48,386 nt of DNA, taken from positions 1 through 48,386 of the IMG/VR virus record IMGVR_UViG_3300032305_002231; one strand, written 5' to 3'. The notes beneath the pieces were generated by a model. It was not told the origin of the DNA. It ran no database searches and was given only the letters and a program-made list of their open reading frames with translations. Below, in pieces: positions 8,801-16,794 of the stretch. The position numbers and the translations under genes were made by a program. The stretch comes from a virus. Lineage: Duplodnaviria; Caudoviricetes. Position 1 is the first letter of the stretch, and every line of letters starts with the position of its first letter.

Positions 8801-9745
8801 AGTATTATATGTAATGTTTGCTAAAGGCTGGTAAATCTTTTCAAACTGTGTAAAAGTGTTAGAAATAGTCGTATTTGTAACAGAAACATTTGCTAAAGTA
8901 AAGACTGAATTTGAAATTAAAACTTCTGCATTAACTGTGTATCCCCAACCACCTTCCACAAGTTCAAATGCTACTTGACCTGTTGCATTTACTGTGCTTG
9001 TAACAGTAGCTTTACCCTGTAAACCATTATTAGATGTTAAAAGAATAGTATCCCCAATAGAAAATCCAGAAGAACCATCAATAACTTCTGCAGTTGTCAA
9101 TGATCCTTTTACAACTGGTGCGTTAGTTAAATCATCGTCAATAGATAGAGTTTCATTTAAAAGGAAATTACCAGTTATAGCAGAAATATAAAAAATGTCA
9201 ATGAATTTTCCATTAATTCTTCTTCTCACTAACCTGTCAATAAAGGCTGTTGCACCAGAACCAAGACCTGTGACAGTTTTGCCAAGGTAATCAAGATTTC
9301 TGTCTGAATGAGTTACTTCTAGGTATTTTGGTTTAACCCATTCTGCATTGGAAAGCTTAAAAATATCTTCTCCGGGAAGATATACATCTGCATTAACACC
9401 ATAAATCAAACGGAAAAACAAGTCAACTGCCCTTGGAGTTCCCTTTGATCTGTAAAAGTCAAGAGAATTTTTGATGAACAATCTTTTATTTGTTGCAGTA
9501 GTAAATTGTATGTTATTAAGATATTTGTTTTTGAAAAACAGAAGAAATGCTTCTGGTGTGGTATCAACATCACGATATGACATAAGTGATCTAGCCATGT
9601 TGAGTGGATTATTTTCCAACTCTAACCATGCATAATAAGCCTTGACAAAATCAATAAAAGTTCCCCCAAACTCTTTATAGACATTGGGGAAAAGTGATGG
9701 TATCAGGTTTTCTACGTGATTTTCATAGTCGTAAATGTTTGACAT
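5840..9745 (-). CDS. gp7: baseplate wedge protein gp7-like, expanded with repeated beta-rich domains
   Basis: N-term FP...FIDFVKAYYAWLE, FYRSKGT...LFFRLIYG; LQDGDFYQEFSYQVKS...VLHLSGTKPFG; lies downstream of gp6. Confidence 0.8.
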   Translation of the reverse strand: MSNIYDYENHVENLIPSLFPNVYKEFGGTFIDFVKAYYAWLELENNPLNMARSLMSYRDVDTTPEAFLLFFKNKYLNNIQFTTATNKRLFIKNSLDFYRSKGTPRAVDLFFRLIYGVNADVYLPGEDIFKLSNAEWVKPKYLEVTHSDRNLDYLGKTVTGLGSGATAFIDRLVRRRINGKFIDIFYISAITGNFLLNETLSIDDDLTNAPVVKGSLTTAEVIDGSSGFSIGDTILLTSNNGLQGKATVTSTVNATGQVAFELVEGGWGYTVNAEVLISNSVFTLANVSVTNTTISNTFTQFEKIYQPLANITYNTLSGGTFSNGNIIEKYFANNSVAGTGTIISTTATNSTAGSLLAMVGRLSNGAVSNLNYTAAFSKQGNVVTATTGTYTDKTAAANVIAIGTNTFVVVNSVSSPFVVGESVYQSTGNGTITSFTSNSSTTTLFLTNFKGVLFSPNTVTGSVSNSTANVVSFTQSIGIVNVGNTFYTGSNAYVYGTSSNTFANVTNMANGTSANVSFTNLVYTETIYLNDDLIGANNSGLIPFLTIVLNGSNSNVASNGYGFAKTPSANINSRIFDALNYTPMNVGVIAALTNINPGNSYSLAPFVVFHEKYYKGLYKLYYTATISNISRDYTQNEVVEQIVTFANSTTLSVNNSANTWQPGEYVYQSNGTANIATGILQAQTVTANVGNLVIFSVSGAFVTNSTAVITGLTSTATANISAVNTTNYYANAKAIVQAQTNTSTLLLKRISTLDFSPTGANLVGMTSGATSTVVGVAPRDPPQSGLNANITANVTTSNGNITEVSILDSGFGYVDDEIATFTSTDNSRSGSVQLTLLNQGQSEGYFKSTKSFLSSDKKLQDGDFYQEFSYQVKSALPFEKYVDVLKKVLHLSGTKPFGAVIHDSVTNSYVNAVSYTSNIATANLFLTVAQTSNAQVFTNGEVIYQTNGTANIGFATIRTPMKTLIQINATNVNFIVGQTIQQPNASTNSAFGYVAAVTANSSVTNVYVVNSTAVFNSSANVFGPTKYVVAHLPKIKMKIATVTSGANTTQSFSVGENIYQGTIGSQTANGTVLNANLSTVEIRLNTGTFANSTTLTGQTSNCAATLTSYSNNTFTAGENVYVEKTILYLRSIVNTFSNGEIVYQYKRNPVTENIVFVNTAIGTIISKNSSSITITNSFGTFANNVTLFGSSSTANAVVNKIMSLTNNYATVVTSNTTSVTLYQISGEFSNVQTLVGLTSNTYSNISSIAVNNESFATLNVINTLEAQIVNGFFVANSTVNSIVGVTSSDTANLSAIEYIQL

Positions 9746-9786
9746 TCATTATCTTTTCAGTTACATTATAAACTATTTAGTCTGTA

Positions 9787-11832
9787 TTAATCACCTTGAT
9801 AGTTCCAATTTGAAGGTGTTCTTCTTGAAGGTGAAGAATGATGTAAATCATAAAGTTTTCTTCCTTCTTCTTGATGATGACCAGATTTATGATAAAAATA
9901 ATTTAACACTTCAAGTTGTCTTTTAGTATATTTAAAATGTCTATCACCTGTTGGATTATATTTCTTTTCTGCTTCTGTCCATTTTCTGTAGTAATCAGTT
10001 GCTAAATCTGCATGTTTTTGAATTTGATCCCTTGCAGTCATTCTTGAACGTGCAATATCACGTCTATTTTCTACATCGTCTGGATGACCATCATCATAAT
10101 CATAACTTTCTTCTAATTTTCTTCTGTTACGATTTCTTACTTTTTCTCTGCGTTTTTCAATAGCACCTGAAATTGCCATAGAACCTAAAGTTAAACCAGC
10201 AGCACCTAAACCACCAATAGCACCAATTGTCAATGGAGTAAAAACAGGATCAAATTCATTTAAAATTTCTTCTTCCATAGTCTGTCTAAAACGCATAGCA
10301 TGTCTTGGTTTAAGACCATCACTTCCACCAACAAGTTTATCAATATCGCTTGTTTGACCTGTATAACCTGCTACTCTTTCAAGACCACCTTTACCTTCAC
10401 CACCAGTAATTCTTACAGGCCATGCAGAATACATAATACCTTTACCTTCACCGGGAAGATTTTTAAGAACATCACCATGTCTTACTTTACTTCTTTTTCC
10501 ATCTGGTAGTGTTGCAGTCTGTGTGTAATCATAAACTGATCTATCATCATTGCTGATAACATCACCAGCAGAAGTATAACCATATGTTGGAATTTTTCCA
10601 AAGTTATGTGATGTAATTCTGCCTCTACCAGAATCTCTTCTGGTTCCAGAAGTTCTTGATTCTTCCAAATCTAAACCTAAAGTATCCTGTGCATAAACTT
10701 TTGCATAGGATTCATAAAGATTTGACACCTTTGGAATTTTGGTGTAGGATTCATCAAATTGAATAGTTTTACCTGTTCTTCTTTTATATTCATCATGAAA
10801 ACCGTCTCTCATAACACGATTTTTACCAGCATCACTATGTGCTCTACCACCATAAGTAAGATGTGCAGGTGTTATTTTTGGGTTTTTTGTTTTTTCGTGA
10901 TATTCTCTTGCTTTTCCTTCAAGTTCATCTGTTTTATGATTTAAAATATATGATCGTGCTGACATTCCAACAGATTCATTCATTGGCAAATTGAGTTCTC
11001 TTGCACGGGCTTCTGCACCAGCATTCATGTGGTGTCTTTGTTTTTCTTTATCATTTGCATTAACAGCCTTTATCCATTCTTTATGATGCCATCCTGAAGA
11101 ATATGGTTCTGGTTTTGGATTTGGATTGTAATATTCTTCTAATTTTTTACCTTCCATTAAAGATTCTTTTATATAAGTTGTAACAGGAACAGTTTGAACA
11201 ATATTTCCGTGTGGATCATTTTTCAATGCAAGTTTAATCACTGTTCTAAAAGATTTTTTGCCTTTATTGGTGTCTCTAACATTGTGCATTGCAAACATAT
11301 CAATAATTTTATGTGTATTTTTATATGGTTCTAATTGTCTTTGAATGTTTGCTTCATGTGCAGGAAAGTCTGGATGTTCAGGATAATATTCATTTAATCT
11401 TCCCACTCCACGTCTGTCTGCAACATTAACACGTTCACCTGATCTATGCATATCATTAACCATATCTTGTCTTGATTTATGTCCGGGTTGTCTTCTGTTT
11501 CTTGCTTGACCAGCATCATAAGCAGCAGTTTCTGCATCATAACGATCTTGTATTTCTTTTAAAGATTCTTCCATAATACCATATCTTCTACCATTTTCAA
11601 TATTTCTTTTGCCTGTTTCAATTGCATCATCAATATTATTTGTTTCATATTCACCAACTGGTCTACCATTATGCCATGAATGTACAATATATTCTGGTCT
11701 AATTCTTTCTGCACGATCTATTTTTCTAACAGTGAATTTATGTCCACCATCATAATGTGTTTTTAAGATTGGACCCATATTTTCATATCTGGTGTGCTGG
11801 ATAGTAGGCCAAGATTTTGTCATTTCATTCAA
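9787..11832 (-). CDS. putative capsid-internal polyprotein (681 aa)
   Basis: His/Lys/Arg-rich; about 13 [LIMF]-x-E motifs separating 40-130 aa segments; AATAAATA late-promoter-like site at 11854-11861. Confidence 0.6.
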   Translation of the reverse strand: MNEMTKSWPTIQHTRYENMGPILKTHYDGGHKFTVRKIDRAERIRPEYIVHSWHNGRPVGEYETNNIDDAIETGKRNIENGRRYGIMEESLKEIQDRYDAETAAYDAGQARNRRQPGHKSRQDMVNDMHRSGERVNVADRRGVGRLNEYYPEHPDFPAHEANIQRQLEPYKNTHKIIDMFAMHNVRDTNKGKKSFRTVIKLALKNDPHGNIVQTVPVTTYIKESLMEGKKLEEYYNPNPKPEPYSSGWHHKEWIKAVNANDKEKQRHHMNAGAEARARELNLPMNESVGMSARSYILNHKTDELEGKAREYHEKTKNPKITPAHLTYGGRAHSDAGKNRVMRDGFHDEYKRRTGKTIQFDESYTKIPKVSNLYESYAKVYAQDTLGLDLEESRTSGTRRDSGRGRITSHNFGKIPTYGYTSAGDVISNDDRSVYDYTQTATLPDGKRSKVRHGDVLKNLPGEGKGIMYSAWPVRITGGEGKGGLERVAGYTGQTSDIDKLVGGSDGLKPRHAMRFRQTMEEEILNEFDPVFTPLTIGAIGGLGAAGLTLGSMAISGAIEKRREKVRNRNRRKLEESYDYDDGHPDDVENRRDIARSRMTARDQIQKHADLATDYYRKWTEAEKKYNPTGDRHFKYTKRQLEVLNYFYHKSGHHQEEGRKLYDLHHSSPSRRTPSNWNYQGD

Positions 11833-11859
11833 TCCTTTTTTATGTTATTGTTGTATTTA

Positions 11860-14184
11860 TTATTTCTTGAAAGGTATTTTGTTATCTGGTACATCTAACC
11901 TGATATCATCATCTGATGCTGGAGGAAGTGCCCAATCTGCTTTATCTCTACCATAACCTTTTTTTCTTAACAACATTCTTAAGATTTTTCCTCTATTTTC
12001 ATCTTCCTCTTCATGAATAGTGCTCCACTTATGATCGTAAATAGGATCACCAAAATGATTATCTTTAAAATTATTACCTTTCCACCTTAAATTTTGTGGA
12101 GATACTTGACTTCCTCTAGGAGCAACTGGTGCGGGTGCAATTTTAGTTACATATGTTGTGGTTGGTGAGTTTGCTCTTGTTGCAGCAATGGAAGCATAGT
12201 TTTTAGCATCTTCTGCGTCTTTTCTCAAGGCTTCAATTTCTTTATGTGTTCTTGCTCTTTCTTGTGAAGCTTTTTTTTCTGCATCACCAAAAACTGCATC
12301 TTTTGTAAGTTTACTTACAACAGCATTTCCTATCCAACCAGCAGCAGTTGCTAAACCAGCAGCACCTAAAGTCATTAAATCAATTTCTTGCAATTCTTCT
12401 GGAGGTGGATTAGAATTTCTACCACCAATATATGCTCTCCAGTATTGAATTGCATTCATTTTGTGTTGTGCTGCAGAAAAGAAATCTCTTGAATTCACTG
12501 CTCTTTTATAACGCAAAACATGTTCTCTGAAAACCCCTAAATGATAATCTTTTGAGGATTCCGTTACATTTTGTTTTGTGTTGATGTTTCTCATTGCCAT
12601 AGTCATAGCATTTTTGGCATCATGAATATTATTATAAACTCTTACCATAGGTTCCTTGACACCATTACGTTTTAATGTAAAGGTAAATTGTTTATGTCCT
12701 GTTTTTTGAATATGGTAAACATCACCATTTTCTGCATGAACATAATTTTCATTCAAATCAACACCCAAAACATCTTTTGCATAGATATCTGCATAGGCTT
12801 CATAAAGACTTTTTACACCATACTCTGTGTTTTCTGCAATATAACGTTCTCCATGATGCTTTCCAAGAAGTGGCATAGATAAAGTTCTGTGCATTTTGCC
12901 TTGACCTGTAACTTTACCGTTGACTTTTACAACTGTTGCAACAGGCTGACCTGCAAAATAAGAATGTATTGAAACTTTTCCTTTTCCATGATCATGTTTT
13001 ACATGAATGGTTCTGCCACCTGTTGCATGTTTACCAAAGGTTTTGCTTGATGCATCAATAGCATGTCTTTCTGCTTCTGGAAAACTATTATAATTACCAA
13101 TTTTCATTCCGTTATCCAAAACTTCTACGTTTTCATTTAGTTCTTTTTCTTTAGAGTATAGATGTTTTGTATCTTCTAAATATTTTTCATAATGTTTAAT
13201 TGTATCTTCTCTCTTTTTTGGTGATAAAACTTTATATTTTTTAATTTTGTATGTAAGATTCATACCTGATGCTTTTGAATGCACAGTAAATTGTGATTTA
13301 TCTTTATTGTCCATAAATTCTTTTCCAAGAGGACTATCAAAAGATACTCTTCCTCTTGAAAAATCTGCATGTGTAGGAATGGTCAAAGTAAATTTACGAT
13401 GTTCACCTTGATCATCTATTAAATGAATTTGATGATCATGTGGATATGCCATATGTTCATATTTCATCTGTTCAACAGTTTTTTGAAGATTGTCAAGATA
13501 TTTTTGTTGTTCTTTTTCATATTCTTCATTTAAACCAATAGCTGCACCTAAATGTCCAAGCAATGTGGTTTTTCTATGTGCTTCATTTCTATGAAACTTG
13601 GCCCAAAGAAGTTGTTTATGTGCAGCTACAGAATCTACACCATTTTTAAACCAATGTTTAGCACCACCATCATGTTCTTTTGCTTGAGCGAGATGTTGTT
13701 TTCTTGTCCAAGAAGCATGTTCTGTTCTTGCTTTTTTAATGGTAGCATCAGATAATTCTGCAGGACCACTTTTGTATTCTGACATTTTATTTTTCTTTCC
13801 TTCTGAATCGTATAGTGTGTATATTGGATCATTTACTGAAATTGGAAATGGGTTTAAAGGACCACTAGGTGTAAAAGGTTGAAATTGAACTTTCCACTCT
13901 TCCAATTTTTTATTTCTTGCTCTTTCACCTCTTACATCATATACTACACCTCTTTTTTTTCCTTCAATCATTTCCTGATGCCATCCAATCAATTTTCCAT
14001 ATCTTCCTAGCAATGAGGCTCTTGCTTTTTCATTTTCACCAGAATTAATAGTATTTTTTAAATTAGTGATAATTCTTTCGTGATCTGATATTTTAGCATT
14101 GGCATATGAGGACTGCATAATAGCCTTCATATGTTCCCAATTTTCACCACGTTTCATAAAGATTTTTCTTTTATTATCATCCAT
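11860..14184 (-). CDS. putative capsid-internal polyprotein (774 aa) with a GreA/Rnk C-terminal-like module
   Basis: Repeated LNE/LEE/IAE/LQE motifs; ADFSRGRVSFDSPLGK; shares linker and hydrophobic modules with 9787..11832. Confidence 0.6.
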   Translation of the reverse strand: MDDNKRKIFMKRGENWEHMKAIMQSSYANAKISDHERIITNLKNTINSGENEKARASLLGRYGKLIGWHQEMIEGKKRGVVYDVRGERARNKKLEEWKVQFQPFTPSGPLNPFPISVNDPIYTLYDSEGKKNKMSEYKSGPAELSDATIKKARTEHASWTRKQHLAQAKEHDGGAKHWFKNGVDSVAAHKQLLWAKFHRNEAHRKTTLLGHLGAAIGLNEEYEKEQQKYLDNLQKTVEQMKYEHMAYPHDHQIHLIDDQGEHRKFTLTIPTHADFSRGRVSFDSPLGKEFMDNKDKSQFTVHSKASGMNLTYKIKKYKVLSPKKREDTIKHYEKYLEDTKHLYSKEKELNENVEVLDNGMKIGNYNSFPEAERHAIDASSKTFGKHATGGRTIHVKHDHGKGKVSIHSYFAGQPVATVVKVNGKVTGQGKMHRTLSMPLLGKHHGERYIAENTEYGVKSLYEAYADIYAKDVLGVDLNENYVHAENGDVYHIQKTGHKQFTFTLKRNGVKEPMVRVYNNIHDAKNAMTMAMRNINTKQNVTESSKDYHLGVFREHVLRYKRAVNSRDFFSAAQHKMNAIQYWRAYIGGRNSNPPPEELQEIDLMTLGAAGLATAAGWIGNAVVSKLTKDAVFGDAEKKASQERARTHKEIEALRKDAEDAKNYASIAATRANSPTTTYVTKIAPAPVAPRGSQVSPQNLRWKGNNFKDNHFGDPIYDHKWSTIHEEEDENRGKILRMLLRKKGYGRDKADWALPPASDDDIRLDVPDNKIPFKK

Positions 14185-14187
14185 TTT

Positions 14188-15942
14188 TTATAACCTGATT
14201 GGATTAACTGTAATGTTGACATTGTTGGTATCAATTGTTAAGATAACATTCTGAATAGATGAAATATCTTTTGATTTTGAAATTGCAAAAATCTGTAAAT
14301 AATCATTACCTGTAGTCAAAAGATCAACTAAAAGATTTGTAAGGTAAATCTGACCTGTTTCATAGTTAACTGTACCAACAGGATAAAGAATTGCATTGGA
14401 TGTGGAAACAAGATTAATTACACCGTTTTCATCATCCATTAATTTCACAGACTGATTCTGATAAATGAAAACATCAGAAGAAATTGTTGTATCAATACTT
14501 GTAGATAGTTCTTGACTAAACGAAAAATTCCAGTTCTGTCCTAATCCCAAAGTTGGAACAATTCTTTTGATCATTTTTAAATCTGTGGAGTTAGAAACAA
14601 TAGAAGAATCTGCCAAGTCAATAACTCTTACCAACTGTGAATAACGTAAAGTTTTCTTGAAACCGTCAATGGCAGTTGTGTTATAATTACTGATCTGATT
14701 GAATACCAGAGTTTCAATATAAGAAGGATCAACAGATGTAGCATTGAAGTTATAATTAACTGTTGCATCAACACCAACATAAAGGTAATCTGCTGCATTA
14801 AAGATTGGTGTTATGGATAAAGGTGATCTTGGTGCAAGAAAGTCATAAAACTGTTTTTGCTTTGATTCTGGAAGACCTGTAATACCATCAAGTGCAACTG
14901 TAATGGAAACTTTACCGTATTGTGGTGGATCAAGTGTTTCTCCACCTACTGCAGAAACGTCAAGAATTTCTGGAAACTCTTCAAGCAAAAGAATTTCATA
15001 ATCATCTGCTGTAACACATCTTTCCTGTGTTGTAAAGTGTCTTGGCGCATTAAATCTTATTGACTCTGTGGATTCTGCATAGGCACCACCAGAAGAATTT
15101 TGATTGATAGTAACAATTACATTTGAATGACCATCAATAGAACCATCAACAGAAAATATTGAAATGTTGTTTGGTGCATCACCAGTTGAAATTCTATAAG
15201 TTGCAACAACAACACCTCCATCTTTTGGTCTTCTACCATTAACATTGTCTCCAAAGATTAATTCGTATTTACCATTAAAAGCACCTTGAATAAAAAATAC
15301 TTGTGAATTGGCAGTAAGATCAAAAAGAGAATAAGTCTGTTGATAAGAATATGCTCTTGAACCACCATCTTCTACAACAGTAACAGAAACAGAAGATGTG
15401 TCAATATCAGGATTGGAAAGAATAAATTTCTGTGCAGTGTTTGAAGAGTCAACAATAAATTGATCTGAGTTTAAAAGACCTTCATAGATATCAACATTCT
15501 CTGCAGAAATTACGTTTGTATTTGAAACAGCAATAGTAGCAGTGTTGGTTGAGAATGTAAAGGTGTTTGATCCAATTCTTCCAGTGAAAGTTGTGTACTG
15601 TGGAATAACAACACCTTTGGAACCATCATTTGTTGTAATTGTAATGTTGACATTTGCTCTTGAAGAAAGATTTGATCTTGGAGTATAGTTTAATTCTTTT
15701 GCATGGGAAATAATTGAATCTCTCATAAGTGCGCTGTCTAAAAAAAGTTCCGATGCGAGCATGTTGAGATAAAAAGCGTTATGGAACGTGTTATAACTTA
15801 AAATATCAAGCAAAACTGACATATTTGAACCATCAAAATCATAGTCACGAAAGGCATCCTGTGATTGAAGATATGTTTTTAGTGAATTTCTCAATGTGGC
15901 AAAATCTAAAGCCACCACTGATATTGATGTATTATTTGTCAT
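14188..15942 (-). CDS. gp6: baseplate wedge subunit gp6
   Basis: LDFATLRNSLKTYL..F.DYDFDGSNMSVLLDILSYNT; ESIRFNAPR.F.TQ.R.VTA.DY; PPQYGKV. Confidence 0.95.
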   Translation of the reverse strand: MTNNTSISVVALDFATLRNSLKTYLQSQDAFRDYDFDGSNMSVLLDILSYNTFHNAFYLNMLASELFLDSALMRDSIISHAKELNYTPRSNLSSRANVNITITTNDGSKGVVIPQYTTFTGRIGSNTFTFSTNTATIAVSNTNVISAENVDIYEGLLNSDQFIVDSSNTAQKFILSNPDIDTSSVSVTVVEDGGSRAYSYQQTYSLFDLTANSQVFFIQGAFNGKYELIFGDNVNGRRPKDGGVVVATYRISTGDAPNNISIFSVDGSIDGHSNVIVTINQNSSGGAYAESTESIRFNAPRHFTTQERCVTADDYEILLLEEFPEILDVSAVGGETLDPPQYGKVSITVALDGITGLPESKQKQFYDFLAPRSPLSITPIFNAADYLYVGVDATVNYNFNATSVDPSYIETLVFNQISNYNTTAIDGFKKTLRYSQLVRVIDLADSSIVSNSTDLKMIKRIVPTLGLGQNWNFSFSQELSTSIDTTISSDVFIYQNQSVKLMDDENGVINLVSTSNAILYPVGTVNYETGQIYLTNLLVDLLTTGNDYLQIFAISKSKDISSIQNVILTIDTNNVNITVNPIRL

Positions 15943-15963
15943 GTAACCAAAAACCCTTAGTAG

Positions 15964-16035
15964 TATAAATAATATTGGTCGCGGTATTGCAAGTACCCAC
16001 CAAACCTAGCATCTTTCAAGGAGAAACCAGCTAAT
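15964..16035 (+). promoter_or_regulatory. T4-type late promoter plus structured leader of the GIY-YIG gene
   Basis: TATAAATA 15964-15971; hairpin TTGGT-CGC-GGTAT-TGCAA-GTACC-C-ACCAA; TAGC/GCTA stem enclosing AAGGAG. Confidence 0.65.
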
Positions 16036-16794
16036 ATGAATATTTATACGATATATAAAGCCACAAATACCATTAATGGTAAAGTCTATGTTGGTTTTGA
16101 TTCCAAATGGCCCAAAAGACAAAAAGAACACACAACTCTGTTCATGCACTATAATACTGTTTTTTCAAAAGCAATAGAAAAATATGGTGCAGAAGCGTTT
16201 TCTTGGGAAATAATTTATCAATCTAAAGAAAAAGAACACACTTTGAGTGAAATGGAAACTTTTTTCATTAAAAAATTTAACAGTCATATAGACAATAAAA
16301 TGGGGTATAATATGACTTATGGAGGAGAAGGCTCATTAGGTTGTAAACGTTCAGAAGATCAAAAAAAGAAAATGTCTGAAAAACATAAAAATAGAGTATT
16401 TTCTGAGGAGTGGAAAAGAAAAATTTCTGAATCAAAAAAAGGCCAAAAATCTTGGAATAAAGACAAAAAAATTGGTCCTATGTCAGAAGATCAAAAACAT
16501 AAAATATCTAAAGCATTGGTTGGAAATCAATATGCTAAAGGGATGACCCATTCTGAAGAAACTAAACTGAAAATGTCGCAATCAAATAAAGGCAAAAACA
16601 AAGGCAAGAAAAGAACAGCAGAACAACGCAAAATTATTAGTGAATCTAAAAAAGGAAATATTCCTTGGAATAAAGGTGTCACACATTCCAAGGAAACCAG
16701 TAAAAAAATATCAGAAGCAAACAAATCATATAATATCAACAAATTACAAAACAAAACAATAGATTGTGTCTACCTACCTATTATCTTCCTTTAA
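16036..16794 (+). CDS. free-standing GIY-YIG homing endonuclease with NUMOD3 repeats
   Basis: TIYKATNTINGKVYVG, GYNMTYGGEG, repeated HSEETK.KMS / PWNKG; antisense to flanking baseplate genes. Confidence 0.9.
   Translation: MNIYTIYKATNTINGKVYVGFDSKWPKRQKEHTTLFMHYNTVFSKAIEKYGAEAFSWEIIYQSKEKEHTLSEMETFFIKKFNSHIDNKMGYNMTYGGEGSLGCKRSEDQKKKMSEKHKNRVFSEEWKRKISESKKGQKSWNKDKKIGPMSEDQKHKISKALVGNQYAKGMTHSEETKLKMSQSNKGKNKGKKRTAEQRKIISESKKGNIPWNKGVTHSKETSKKISEANKSYNINKLQNKTIDCVYLPIIFL

Noticed and set aside
16320-16730. Short repeats as a CRISPR array or diversity-generating element
   Set aside because: They are protein-level NUMOD3 repeats; there are no identical DNA repeats with spacers and no reverse transcriptase.
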